Shown in pieces: positions 13,701 to 27,039 of a stretch of DNA of 64,000 bases. The position numbers and the translations under genes were made by a program. The stretch's first letter is position 1. Each line of letters begins with the position of its first letter. The stretch is from Isurus oxyrinchus (lineage: Eukaryota): the NCBI GenBank assembly GCA_026770705.1, contig JANJGN010000038.1, forward strand, positions 9,486,001-9,550,000, in the 5' to 3' direction. The notes below the pieces were generated by a model. The model ran no database searches and was not told where the DNA came from. It saw nothing but the letters and a program-made list of their open reading frames with translations.

Positions 13701-16700
13701 GTGTGGATTAATTAAAACAGAGGCAGGCTCTATTACAGTGGTTGCCAAGAGAAGGCTTTGATTGATCTAAACTGAGTCCGGGCCTACTTCAGTGATTACT
13801 GATACAAGATATCAATTAATTTCAACTGAGACAGGGTCTGTTGCAATGATTAATGTTGCAATGCATGGATTGATTTAAACCGAGACAGGGTCTTTTACAG
13901 TGATTAATGAGACAAGTTCAGTATTAATATAAACTGAGACAGGGTCTCTTTCAGTGGTTACTGATCCAAGGTATGGATTAAAATAAACTGGGACAGTATC
14001 TGTTACAGTTCTTACTGATACATGGACTAGATTCAGGTAAATAGAGACCATGTCTCTTTCAGTGATTAATAATACAAGGTCTGGATTGATATAAATTGAG
14101 ACAGAGTCTATTCCCGTCATTATCGAGACTAGATCTGTGCTAATATAGATTTAGTCAGCATCTACTTCAGTGATTACTGATACAAGGTATTGATTAATAT
14201 CACAGAGACAGGGTCTGTTACAGTGGTTATTGTTAAAATATTTGGATTGATATAAACTGAAATAAGGTCTTTTACTGTCATTAATGATACAAGGCCTGTA
14301 TTAATATAAAATGAAACATGGTCCATTACAGTGATTACTGATACAAGGTATGGATTAAAATAAAGTGAGACAAGGTCTGTTAGATTTATTATTGATACAT
14401 GGTATGGATTATAAGAAACTGAGACAGGGTCTATTACAGTGATCACCAATACAAGACCTGGATTGATATAAACTGAGATAGGGTCTATTCCAGCCATTAC
14501 CGAGACAAGGTCAGTATTGATATAAACTGAGTCGGGGTCTACTTCAGTGATCACTGATTCAAGGTATTAATTAATAACAACACAGACAGGGTCTGTTCTA
14601 GCGATTACTATAACAATGTATGGATTGATATAAACTGAGTCAGGGTCTTTTACACTGATTACTGAGACAAGGTCTGTGTTAATGTAAAGTGAGACAGGGT
14701 TTGCTGATACAAGGTATGGATTAATTTGAACTGAGGCAGGGCCTATTACAGTGATCATTGATACAGGGTATCAATTTACATAAACTGAGGCAGGGTTTAT
14801 TACAGTGACTACTGATACAAGTTATTGTTTCATATCAACTAAGACAGGGTCTATTGCAGTGATTACTAATGCAGGGTATGGGGATAATATGTACTGAGAC
14901 AGAGTCAATTACAATGATAACTGATACATGGTGTGAATTAAGATTAGCAGAGACATGATCTATTACAGTGATTACTAACACAAGGCCTGTATTGATATAA
15001 ACTGAGCCACAGTCTACTTCAGTGGTCACTGATACAATGCATTGATTAATATCAACAGAGACAGGGTCTGTTACACTGATTACTGTTACAATGTATGGAT
15101 TGAAATAAACTTAAAGAGGGTCTTATACAGTGACTGATGATATAATGTCTGCATTAATATAAATGGAGATAGGGTCTCTTTTAGTGGTGACTGATACAAG
15201 GCATGGATTAACATCAACTGAGGTAGGGTCTATTACAGTAATTACTAATACGGGGCCTAGATTAATATAAAATGAGGGAAGGCCTATTTCAATGATTGCT
15301 GTTACAATGTATGGATTACTATAGACGTACAAAGGGTCTATTTCAGTGATTACTATACATGGCCTGTATTAGTATATACTGAGGCAGGGTCTCTTTCAGT
15401 GGTTACTGATACAAGGTATAGATTAATATCAACTGAGGCAGGATCCATTACAGTGATTACTGATACAAGGCGTGGGTTAATATAATATGAGACAGAGTCT
15501 ATTACAGTGTTTACTGATACAAGGTCTGGGCTGGTGTAAATTGAAACAGGGTGTATTACTGCGACTACTAATACAGGGTCTGAATTGATATAATATGATA
15601 CTGGGTGTAGTACAATAATTTCTGATGCAGGGCCTAGGTTAATATACACTGAGACAGGGTCCATTGCATTGAACATTGATACAAGGTCTGTGTTAATATA
15701 AGGAGAGGCAGAATCTCTTTCAGTGATTGTTGATACAATGTATGGATTAATATCAAGTGAGCCAATGTCTCTTTTACTGGTTACTGATGCAACATATGGA
15801 TAATATCAATTGATGCAGGGTCTATTACAGTGGTTACTGATACAGGGTCTAGATTAATATAAACTGAGACAGGTTCTGTTACAGTGTTAGTGATATAAGG
15901 TCTGGACTGGTGTAAACTGAGACAGCATGTTTTACAGCGACTACTGACACAGGGTCTGTATTGATATAATCTGAAACTCAGTACAGGACAATGATCACTG
16001 ATACAGTTCTGGATTAATATAAACTGAGACTGGGTCTAGTACAATAATTACTGATATAGGTCCTGGATTGATATAAACTGAGGCAGTGACTAGTACAGTA
16101 ATTGCTAATACATGGTATGGATTAAGATAAACTGAAAAAGGGTCAATTAATGTGGTTACCGACATAAAGCCTGCATTACTATAAACTGAGAATGGGTTAA
16201 ATACATTAAGTAATGATACAGGGCCTAGATTAATATAAACTGAGACAGGCTTGATTACAGTGATTACTGATAAATGGTCTCAATTAATTTAAACTTATGC
16301 AGAGTCTATTACAATGATTACTGATACAGGGTCCAGGTTAATAAAAACTGAGACAAGGCCTATTGAGGTGATTACCAGTACAATATCTGCATTAATATAA
16401 ACAGCGACAGTGTTTATTCAAGTGAATACTGATATAAGGCATGGATTAAAATAAATGGAGCCAGTGTGTATTACTGTGAATACTGATACAGGTTATGGGT
16501 TAATATAAACTGAGACAGGCTCCATTACAGCATTCACCAATACAATATCGGTGAATATATAAACTGAGAAAGGGTATTTTACAGTGATTATTGATTCAAG
16601 GCATGGATTAATATAAACTGCGACTGGGTGTATTACAGTGATTGCTGATACATGGTACTGATTAACATAAACTGAGACAGGGTCTATTACAGTGATAACC

Positions 16701-19700
16701 AATACATGGTCTGGGCTGATACTAACTGAGACAGGGTCTATTCCAGTGATTAACAAGACAAGGTCTCTATTGATATAAACTGTGTCAGGGTTTTTACAGG
16801 GATTACTGATACAAGTTATTCATTACTATCAGCTGAGGCAGGGTCTCTTATGGTGATTACTAATACAAGGTTTGTATTAATAAAAACTGAGACAGGGTCT
16901 CTTTCAGTGCTTACTGATACAAGACATGGATTAATATAAACTGAAACACTGTGAATTACAGTGAATAATGAAACAGGTTATGGGTTATTATAAACTGAGA
17001 CAGTGTGTATTACAGTGAATACTGAAACAGGTTATGGGTTATTATAAACTGAGACACTGTGAATTACAGTGAATACTGAAACAGGTTATGGGTTATTATA
17101 AACGGAGACAGTGTGTATTACAGTGAATACTGAAACAGGTTATGGGTTATTATAAAATGAGACAGTGTGTATTACAGTGAATAATGATACAGGTTATGGG
17201 TTATTATAAACTGAGGCAGTGTGTATTACAGTGAATACTGAAACAGGTTATGAGTTAATATAAACTGAGACAGTGTGTATTACAGTGAATACTGAAACAG
17301 GTTATGGGTTATTATAAACTGAGATAGTGTGTATTACAGTGAAAACTGAAACAGGTTAGGGGTTAATATAAACTGAGACAGTGTGTATTACAGTGAATAC
17401 TGAAACAGGTTATGAGTTAAAATAAACTGAGACAGTGAGTATTACAGTGAATACTGAAACAGGTTATGGGTTATTATAAAATGAGAAAGTGTGTATTACA
17501 GTGAATACTGAAACAGGTTATGGGTTCATATAAACTGAGACAGTGTGTATTACAGTGAATACTGAAACAGGTTATGGGTTATTATAAACTGAGACAGTGT
17601 GTATTACAGTGAAAACTGATACAGGTTATGGGTTATTATAAACTGAGGCAGTGTGTATTACAGTGAATACTGAAACAGGTTATGAGTTAATATAAACTGA
17701 GACAGTGTGTATTACAGTGAATACTGAAATAGGTTATGGGTTATTATAAACTGAGACAGTGTGTATTACAGTGAATACTGAAACAGGTTATGGGTTATTA
17801 TAAACTGAGACAGTGTGTATTACAGTGAATACTGAAACAGGTTATGAGTTATTATAAACTGAGACAGTGTGCATTACAGCGAATACTGAAACAGATTATT
17901 GGTTATTATAAACTGAGACAATGTGTATTAGAGTGAATACTGAAACAGGTTATGGGTTATTATAAACTGAGACAGTGTGTATTACAGTGAATACTGAAAC
18001 AGGTTATGGGTTAATATAAAATGAGACAGTGTATATTACAGTGAATACTGAAACAGGTTATGGGTTATTATAAACTGAGGCAGTGTGTATTACAGTGAAT
18101 ACTGAAACAGGTTATGAGTTAATATAAACTGAGACAGTGTGCATTACAGTGAATACTGAAATAGGTTATGGGTTATTATAAACTGAGACAGTGTGTATTA
18201 CAGTGAATACTGAAACAGGTTATGGGTTATTATAAACTGAGACAGTGTGTATTACAGTGAATACTGAAACAGGTTATGAGTTATTATAAACTGAGACAGT
18301 GTGCATTACAGCGAATACTGAAACAGATTATTGGATATTATAAACTGAGACAGTGTGTATTACAGTGAATACTGAAACAGGTTATGGGTTATTATAAACT
18401 GAGACAGTGTGTATTACAGTGAATACTGAAACAGGTTATGGGTTAATATAAAATGAGACAGTGTGTATTACAGTGAATACTGAAACAGGTTATGGGTTAT
18501 TATAAACTGAGACAGTGTGTATTACAGTGAATACTGAAACAGGTTATGGGTTATTATAAACTGAGACAGTGTATATTACAGTGAATACTGAAACAGGTTA
18601 TGTGTTAATATAAACTGAGAAAGTGTGTATTACAGTGAATACTGAAACAGGTTGTGGGTTATTATAAACTGAGACAGTGTGTATTACAGTGAATACTGAA
18701 ACAGGTTATGGGTTAATATAAAATGAGACAGTGTGTATTACAGTGAATACTGAAACAGGTTATGGGTTATTATAAACTGAGACAGTGTGTATTACAGTGA
18801 ATACTGAAACAGGTTATGGGTTCATATAAACTGAGACAGTGTGTATTACAGTGAATACTGAAACAGGTTATGGGTTATTATAAACTGAGGCAGTGTGTAT
18901 TACAGTGAATACTGAAACAGGTTATGGGTTATTATAAACTGAGACAATGTGTATTACAGTGAATACTGAAACAGGTTATGGGTTCATATAAACTGAGACA
19001 GTGTGTATTACAGTGAATACTGAAACAGGTTATGGGTTAATATAAACTGAGACAGTGTGTATTACAGTGAATACTGAAACAGGTTATGTGTTATTATAAA
19101 CTGAGGCAGCCTCTATTACAGAAATTACTAATACAATATCTGTATTTATATAAACCGAGAAAGGGTATTTTGCAGTGATTATTGGTGCAAGGCATGGATT
19201 AATATAAACTGAGACTGGGTCTATTACAGAGATGACTGATACATGCTATTGATTAACATAAACTGAGACAGGGTCTATTACAGTCATTACCAGTACAAGG
19301 TTTATATTGATATAAAGTGTGTCATGGTTTTTACAGGGATTACTGATACAAGGTATTGATTACTATCAACTGAGACAGGGCCTCTTGCAGTGATTACTAA
19401 TACAATGTTTGCATTAATATCAACTAAGACAGGGTCTCTTTCAGTGGTTACTGATACAAGGTATGGATAATATCCACTTAGGCAGGGTTTATTACAGTGA
19501 TTACTGATACAAAGTCTGTATTCATATAAACAGCGGCAGGGTCTAGTGTAGTGATTACTGGTAAACGGCCTAGATTAATATCAACTGCTACAGAACAGGA
19601 TTACTGATACTGAGCCCAATTTAATAAAACTGAAGCGGGGCATAAAGCGATAATCTCTGACACAGCACGGAGTGTAAGTCAACCAGGGATAAATCTGGTG

Positions 19701-19800
19701 TGGAAACAATTGATGCAGGGCTTTGTGGCATATTGAGAGGGACAGAGAGTAATGCAGTTATAATTAATGCATAACTTGTGTAATATACAGAGAGATAGGG
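7720..19800. repeat. ~12 kb tandem satellite, 54-bp unit made of two related 27-bp halves
   Basis: Consensus AAACTGAGACAGGGTCTATTACAGTGA/TTACTGATACAAGGTATGGATTAATAT, with degenerate edges. It generates the 18-aa-periodic minus-strand ORFs. Confidence 0.95.
16937..19107. repeat. Homogeneous recently amplified core of the 54-bp satellite (~40 units)
   Basis: Near-identical units AAACTGAGACAGTGTGTATTACAGTGAATACTGAAACAGGTTATGGGTTATTAT; period verified (16992 to 17046). Confidence 0.93.
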
Positions 19801-20319
19801 TTTAGTGTTACATCATTAGAAACATCTGACTGTGCAATATAATAAGTGTATTAATTTCGAATTAACATAAGCCCCAGCATCACTGATCCATTTGCCAGTG
19901 GAACAGCTTCTCCCTAAATATTGAAAAACATCCCTCACACGTTGGACCATTTCTGATAAACCTATCCTAAGATTCTCGTTGATGAGGAGAGCAATCCCAG
20001 TTTTTTGTTGTGCAGAGAGTGAAGGGCAGTGCAAACTTAAGTTCCAGGAAATCTTCTGTCTTGTTACTTCGAAATTAGCATTTAACAATCGTTGACACTG
20101 TTATATGGGGCCAATGGAAATAAAGTGCACTGTTACAACAGAGTCAGGCTAAGACACCGGGCTACAAGGCAACGGATCCCTGACAACTAAATTGATGTGT
20201 GTAAGACTGGAGCCTGCTCCTGAACTTTATATCCATAGAACCAAATGCTATAATTTCAAAACAGCAACTGCAACATGTCCAGTGCCTTGCATTAATACAT
20301 GGACAGTAACCACTACTGA

Positions 20320-20420
20320 ACTGAAAACAGAAAGTGCTGGAAAGACTCAGCAGGTCTGGCAGGGTCTGAGGAGAGAGCAACAGAGTTAACGTTTCGATTC
20401 CATGTGAGTTTATTCAGAGC
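20320..20420. mobile_element. Penelope-like element terminal fragment
   Basis: TGCTGGAAA-ACTCAGCAGGTCTGGCAG...GAGTTAACGTTTCG, homologous to the arms at 29560 and 40190. Confidence 0.65.
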
Positions 20421-20504
20421 CACAACTGCAGGTTTGAAGCATGGTCAGGTGGGTGATCATTTAGATGTGGCGATGGTAATGTCATCTCAGTCTTAGGGAA
20501 TAGC

Positions 20505-20955
20505 AGCATCGAGGTAAATTAACTGGGCTGGTAATACAGAGAAGATCAGAAATGCTCCAGAGACATGATTTAAACGCCACGACGGCAGCTGGCGGGATTT
20601 CCATTCATTTAATTCACTAAATCCGAAACTGGAATAAAATTACTCATTGTATTAATAATCGAACAACCTCATTGTCATGAAGTTGCAACTGGTTCACTAA
20701 TGTCATTCGGGGAGGAAATCTTACCCTTACCAGCCTGGCCTACGTGAGGCTGGAGCCCCACAACAACGTGGTTGACTCTTAACGGCCCTTGGTTTATTTA
20801 TTTAGTTGGGTCAAAGCACTTCTTGGAAAGTCAAATAAGAGGCGTACGGCACAAACTGCAGCTGTTGAAGGTGTCGGCTCCCCGCCACCTTCTCAAGGGT
20901 ACTTATTGCAGGACAGTTAAGGCTGGCCTTGTTTTCGACGTTCACAACAAAAGAA
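20505..20955 (+). mobile_element. Degenerate shark SINE (tRNA-like head, CR1-like tail)
   Basis: TGGTTCACTAATGTC...GGAAATC...CTGGCCTAC...GTGGTTGACTCTTAAC core followed by the CACCTTCTCAAGGG tail. Inverted pieces lie at ~24560-25210. Confidence 0.65.
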
Positions 20956-22169
20956 CAAATAAAAACAACGGCCAAAGCTTTGTAAACTATTACGGATGCT
21001 CTCAATGTACAATAAGGCCAGAAAATCGGGAAACACTCAGCATCATTCTCCGCTGACACTATTTTACAGCGCAGGGGTATCCTGGACCAATACCTAATGC
21101 GCAACTAACATCACTAATAAACAGGTGATCTGGGCTTTTATTACATCTCTGTTGGTGGGAGCTTCCTGTGCACAAATTGCCTCCTGTAGTTCTAACGTGG
21201 CACAAGAGATTATAATTCGAAATAAGGTACATCAATGAGGTTAATGAGATATGTGATTTTGGACCTCCTGAGATGGTGAAATGTGCTGTATAAACACCGA
21301 GTTTTTACTAAAAGTGAACATGTCAAAACATACGTGGTGCTGTGTTAGAAAGTCTGAGAAGAATGTGATTAACGGTCATTTCTCTGTTTATTATTTAAAC
21401 ATGTTTATGTGAAAGGGGTTCATCCTTTCACCAATCGATATTCAACGGAATAACAGACTGCTCAGAAATGCTTAATTGATTTAAGCAGCAGAATTTCCAG
21501 AAACATTTTTTCTTAAATTTAATGGCTTCTTTTCTTTAAAATAAATAACAACTGTACCAATTGGTTTTCTGAAAATTGTGTTCAATTCTTATACGATCCG
21601 TGAATATTCTTAAAATAAACTTGTTTTGCGCTGAACATAATCAATAAGTGACTGTTGATCTGATTCTGCTGCCATGAACACCACTTTGAAACTAGTGAGG
21701 CGGTTATGTAAATAAACACAGAAATAGACGCCTCAGAATAGAACATTGAGCGTCGGAAATACAATAGATGTTTCCCCACCAGCAGAGCATAGAATTCACA
21801 ACACAGAGAAATGCAAATCACACAAAGGATTCCAGTAATGATTGATAGTTGGAAGATTTCTATAAGTTATGGGATAACGATATAAAGATGTTTTTTGTGT
21901 TCAAAACTGGCGAAGCGTCCTTTGATCCGGTATACAGCAGCATTGAAAATGTGTTTGCGGAGTTTCCTGCATTCTATCCCGCTCTGTCTCCCTTTCTCCC
22001 CTATCCCGGGCGTGTCTGGCCTCTCATTAATGTGTCAGCGTCTGTAACTCATAACGTGAAGTCAGTATCTTATCAAAGATTAATCTCACCCCTATTCATT
22101 GACTTTTAACGAAATAGATGGCTGTTCACAGAAGGAACTTAACTCTAAAATGTGTCTGGTTCACTCAAC

Positions 22170-22490
22170 AACATGGGAGTATTTAATGGGACAGTCTAAA
22201 GGGAGCACTCCTCTGCAAATTAACATTCCTATGCCTTCCTGTGAATGGTATATGGGAAATTGTAGAGGGATCTTTTTTCTGCATCTGTTGCTGCTGCACC
22301 ATTCTTGGGAGCATTCGATCGAATCATGTAGAGGGACCTTTGTCTATCCAGCGCTATACATGTCCTGAGAATGTTTGGTGGGATAGTTTAGAGAGACCTT
22401 TACTCTACCTCACCCAGGAATTTACCAATGTAGAGGTAGCTTTACTCTGCGTCTGAACTGTCCCGTGTCTATCCTTAGGAGTGTCTAATA
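22170..22490. repeat. Degenerate ~65-70-bp tandem repeat
   Basis: Recurrent TGGGA...GTAGAGGGA(G/C)CTTTACTCT motif, about 5 copies. Confidence 0.6.
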
Positions 22491-23009
22491 GTGTTTCGGA
22501 CTCAGTGCATGAAATTGTGTTCTAGACCGAATCCCTCATCACATGTCAAAATATATTTGGATGTTCACTTGAAGTACTGTAGCCCCAAGGGCCCTGGCAC
22601 AAAAGCTAGGAAGTGGGATTAGACTTGATAGATCATTTCAGGCCATTGTGGTTAGGGTGTGCGCAATGGCCTATTTCTGTGCTGCACAAATCAATGATTT
22701 TCAAATCGTATGAAATGTGTTGAGGTCTCAGAAAGTGTACAGAGGAAGGTAATGAGTTTGTTAACAAGGATCAGGGTCTTTAGTAACAACAATCAATTGC
22801 ACAAATTGGCAGCATTCTGCTTGTGATAAAGAAGATTAAGCAGAAACCTAAACGCTTTTTCCAAGATAATGAGAGGTTTGAAAGAGAATTAGCCGAGAAC
22901 ACCAGTTCCTTCTGTTCATTGTGCCAATATCCAGTGATCATAGCTTCAGAACAAATGTATATATTGGCAGATTTGTAAAGATGAAGAGAAATATTTCCCC
23001 AGCAACTGG

Positions 23010-23510
23010 TTCCCTTTATATTACACCAGATCCTGCCTCAATTATTACTCTTTGCGTTCAAGTCACAGTTTTAGTTTTGCTGAAACCTGTGAAATTTATG
23101 GATGCATAATCTGGTATTTGTATTTTTATTACACTAGGCTCTGACACAATTAACTCTGTGCTAATCAAGCCTCTGTTTCAGGCCGGCCCCCAAATCAGTT
23201 ATTACTACATTAGAGCATTTCTCTATTTATATTATATAACGCTCTGTTTCAGTTATTAGTGAACCATACACCGTGGCTCTATATGTCGCACTCGACCACG
23301 TCTCAGTTATTACTATACTAGAACATGTATGTGTTAATATTACTCTGGATCCTGTCTCTGTTGTTACTGCACTGGAACCTGTCTCCATTTATAATGTTTT
23401 ACATAATTGTTTCTGTTAAAATTGCACTGGAAAATATATCTCATCATATTTTACAGTGGGCCCTTTCTCAGTTATTACTGCCCTATACCATGTTTCTGTT
23501 AGGCTAACAC
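23010..23510 (-). repeat. Degenerate satellite-family patch, inverted orientation
   Basis: Recurrent TCAGTTATTAC / CACTAGG / CCTGTCTC motifs, the reverse complement of the satellite consensus. Confidence 0.65.
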
Positions 23511-26109
23511 TTTACCCACGCCAGTAAACATTGAATTATATCATGGCAAACGTATTGGAAACTGGTGAGGAAATAGTGAAGTTAACGCGCAGCACAAAAC
23601 AATGGAAACAGAAACAATTTTTTTTTATTGAATTTCATTGAGAGTGGAAAGTGTTACATTCTATTCCAAGTGAGAGAGTTACAGATTTATTATGCTCACG
23701 TTAGGTATAGGTACACTTGCATTTTCACCGCCTCTTGCACGGATCATCACACACTCCAGTGACGCACAAGTGATCACTTGTCAACAAACAGAGAGAATGG
23801 TGGGTAGATGTCCTTTATTCTCCATGTGATTTAATCCACTTTCAAACTGAATTCTGAGCGCAGCTAAACTCACTTTGGAATCTAAATAGGCATTTTCCAC
23901 ACAAGAACTTGAAAAAGACGTCCGCATCAAGAAATGTTAACGATAATAGATGATCTGAAATTGCTGGATGGATGGTTCGAAATATAGATAGATAGACTGA
24001 CAGCCAAACAGACAGGTACGCAGCTAGATGGGTTGACAGATAGAGAGACTGAGATACACAACATCTAGTGTAATATATACAGTTTAATGCTAAATAACCT
24101 TTTCGGTGGCTCATATGATACAAACAGGGAGATGGTCTTGTATAATGTGAAGAGATGTATGCATCAGTGCAATTACTTACTCCAACAGGGCCTAGTGTAA
24201 AACATGAATTGAGACTAGGTCTTTTGCACTGCGATCTGAGACAGAGTCCTGTGTAATTTTAAGGAAGGCATAACCCAGTCGTTACGTATCAGCACCTTTC
24301 ATGGTCTTAAATACCTCGATCAAAGCCCCTCTTAACACCCTCTATTCTAAGGAAAACGATTCAAGATCTCCAAGGTCTAGTAACATTCGGATCAATCTCC
24401 TCTTCATCCTCTCTGCGACCTTCAAATGCTTTATAAAACAGAGTTCCTGGAATAATTATGTACAATACCCATGGAAACACAGTAGGGAGTACTTTAACAA
24501 ATGTTGTTTTTAATCATTCACTAGGCTGAAGTATTTATTTCTCTCTATTCATCCGGGAGATGTGAGCGTCTCTGACACGGCCAGCATTTCCCCCCATGCT
24601 CCGCTGTCCTGGGACTGAATATCTGGCTAGACATTTTCAGAGTCGGAGGATAGTTAAGAGTGAACCACGTGCTGTGGGCCTGGAGTCACATTTAGGCCAG
24701 ACTGGGGAAGGATGCATATTTACTTCACCGAATGTTCTTTAGTGAATCAGATGCGTTTATAACAATGAAAATTGTAACGATCCAGTTCCATTTCCGTGTT
24801 TTTATTCATTCATGGGATTTGTGCGTTTCCAGCTGAACCAACATTCAATAGCCAAACACAATTGCCCTTGAGAGGGTGTTAGTGAGCAAACCACTTGTAC
24901 TGCTGCAGTCCACGTGCTGCAGGGACACCCACAGTGCTTCTAGGAAGGGAGTTGTATGATTTGGACACAAGGATAGTGAAGAAACAGGGACTTTCCATTG
25001 TTGTTCCTGTGTTTCTGCTGCCCTTGTTGCCCGGAGAATTGGGGAATATTCCACCACACTCCTGACATGTGCCTTGTAGTTTGTGGACAGGTATTTGCAG
25101 AATTCCCAGCTTCCGAACGGCTCTTGTCTTAACCGCATTTAAATTTCACCAGCTGCTGTGGTGGGATTTGAATTCATGTCCCCAGAAGATGAGTCTGGGC
25201 CTCTGGGCTAGTGATGAGCACTTGGGACGCTATAACATTCAAGGCTATGGGCCAAGTGCTGGTAAATAGGATTAGGTAGGTAGGTCAAGTGTTTCTCAAG
25301 TGCCCGTGCAGACTCGATGGGCCGAAGGGCCTCTTCTGCACTGTGATTCTGTGAATCTGTGGCAGAGCTACAGCCAGGTTGTGCCTGAGTTAGGGTCCAG
25401 TGTAATGTAACCAGAGATAGGGCCTGGTATAATTTAAATGGTAAGTTGCTCCAGTGCAGTAATAACTGAAACAGAGCCTGGTTAAAATAAACTTAATCAT
25501 GGTCCAGTACATTAAAAACAGGGACAAGTTCTATGAAATATAAACATAAACAATATAGCGCATCAATAACTAAGAAACCGCCTTATGTAACACAAACAGA
25601 TATTATATGAGGTCAAATTTCAACAAAGATTTTTGGAATTTAAACTTAGTTAATTTTATACATCTGAACTATTAAAAATGCCCTCAATATCAGTAATGGG
25701 AAACGTGCATCTCCCAGACTCATCAAAACACAGCTGACATATAAAGGTACGTTTCGGAAATACATCCCCACACCCCCACCCCCCCACCACCACAACCCCC
25801 CCTCTCCCCCACCCCCCCCCCCCCCCCCCCACCACCTTCCATGTTTTTTTTCCCAAAGGGACTCCAGATGAAGAGCAAGGTGGTTAACTTTGAATCTCCC
25901 TCTAAACATTCTCCGTGTGCAGTCATTTTTATTAAACGGCCACGAGAATCAGCAACCTGAGCACAGTCAGTAAAGCCAGACGGCATCAATCGAGGCACAG
26001 GCAAAGATACAGACAGTCCAATTAACTGTATAAAATTCTCTGAACGATCTTCTGTGGACATCTACCACAATTGAGAAACACTGAACGCAGGCTAGCGGAA
26101 ACACAAAAA

Positions 26110-26880
26110 CAAAGAACAAAGAAAAGTACAGCACAGGGACAGACCCTTCGGCCCACCAAGCCTGTGCCGATCATATTGCCCGTCAACTAAAACATTTTGT
26201 ACTTCCGGGGTCCATATCCCTCTCTTCCCATCCTATTCATGTATTTGTCAAGCTGCCTCTTAAACATCACTATCGTACCTGCTTCCACCACCTCCTCTAG
26301 CAGCGAATTCCAGACACTCACTACACTCTGCATAAAAATCTTGCCCCGCACATCTCTGTAGTTTTCTCCTCTCACCTTAAATCTATGTCCCCTAGTAATT
26401 GAATCTCCCACCCTGGGAAAAAGATTCTGACTGTCTACTCTGTCCATGCCACTCATAACTTTGTAAATTTCTATCAAGTCGCCCCTCAATCTCAGTCCCT
26501 CCAGTCAGAACAATCAGAGTTTTTCCAACCTCTCCTCATACCTAATAACCTCCAGGTCAGGCAGCATCCTGGTAAACGTCCTCTGCACCCTCTCCAATGC
26601 CTCCATATCCTTCTGGTAATGTGGCGACCAGAATTGCAAGCAATATTCCAAGTGTAGGCTAACCAAGGTTCTATACAGCTGCAGCATGACTTCCCAGCTT
26701 TTATACTCAATACCCCTGCCAATGAAGGCAAGCTTGCCATATGCCTTCCTGACTACCTTATCCACCTGCGTTGCCACTTTCAGTGACCTGTGGACCTGTA
26801 CACCCAGATCCCTCTGCCTGTCGATGCACTTAAGGGTTCTGCCATTTACTGTATAATTCCTACCTGTATTAGACCTTACA
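26110..26880 (-). mobile_element. Relatively young CR1-type LINE 3' fragment
   Basis: Minus-strand ORFs QLYRTLVSLHLEYCLQFWSPHYQKDMEALERVQRTFTRMLP and RGDLIEIYKVM...RGHRFKV...VWNSL; (AAGAACA)-type tail on the + strand at ~26110. Confidence 0.92.
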
Positions 26881-27039
26881 AACTAAACACCCGCCTGACA
26901 TATTGATGCTCAATGTTAATACCTTCCAACCAATATCCCCACGCCTGATTGACCCACCAGTGATGGCGGGATATTAGTCGGGAAGGAGTGCTCCTGGGGG
27001 TCCTCAATATTGACTCCAGGAGTCATGAATACTCCTGGC

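Noticed and set aside
9419-16756. Many minus-strand ORFs with VITVIDPVSVYINP repeats as protein-coding genes
   Set aside because: They are translations of the 54-bp (18-codon) satellite, fragmented by frequent stops and frameshifts, with no promoter or splice structure.
16937-19107. CRISPR-like array
   Set aside because: Units are contiguous with no unique spacers, the context is vertebrate, and there are no cas genes.
21811-21818. Isolated octamer ATGCAAAT as the promoter of another V
   Set aside because: No leader, V exon or RSS is recognisable downstream; chance-level occurrence.
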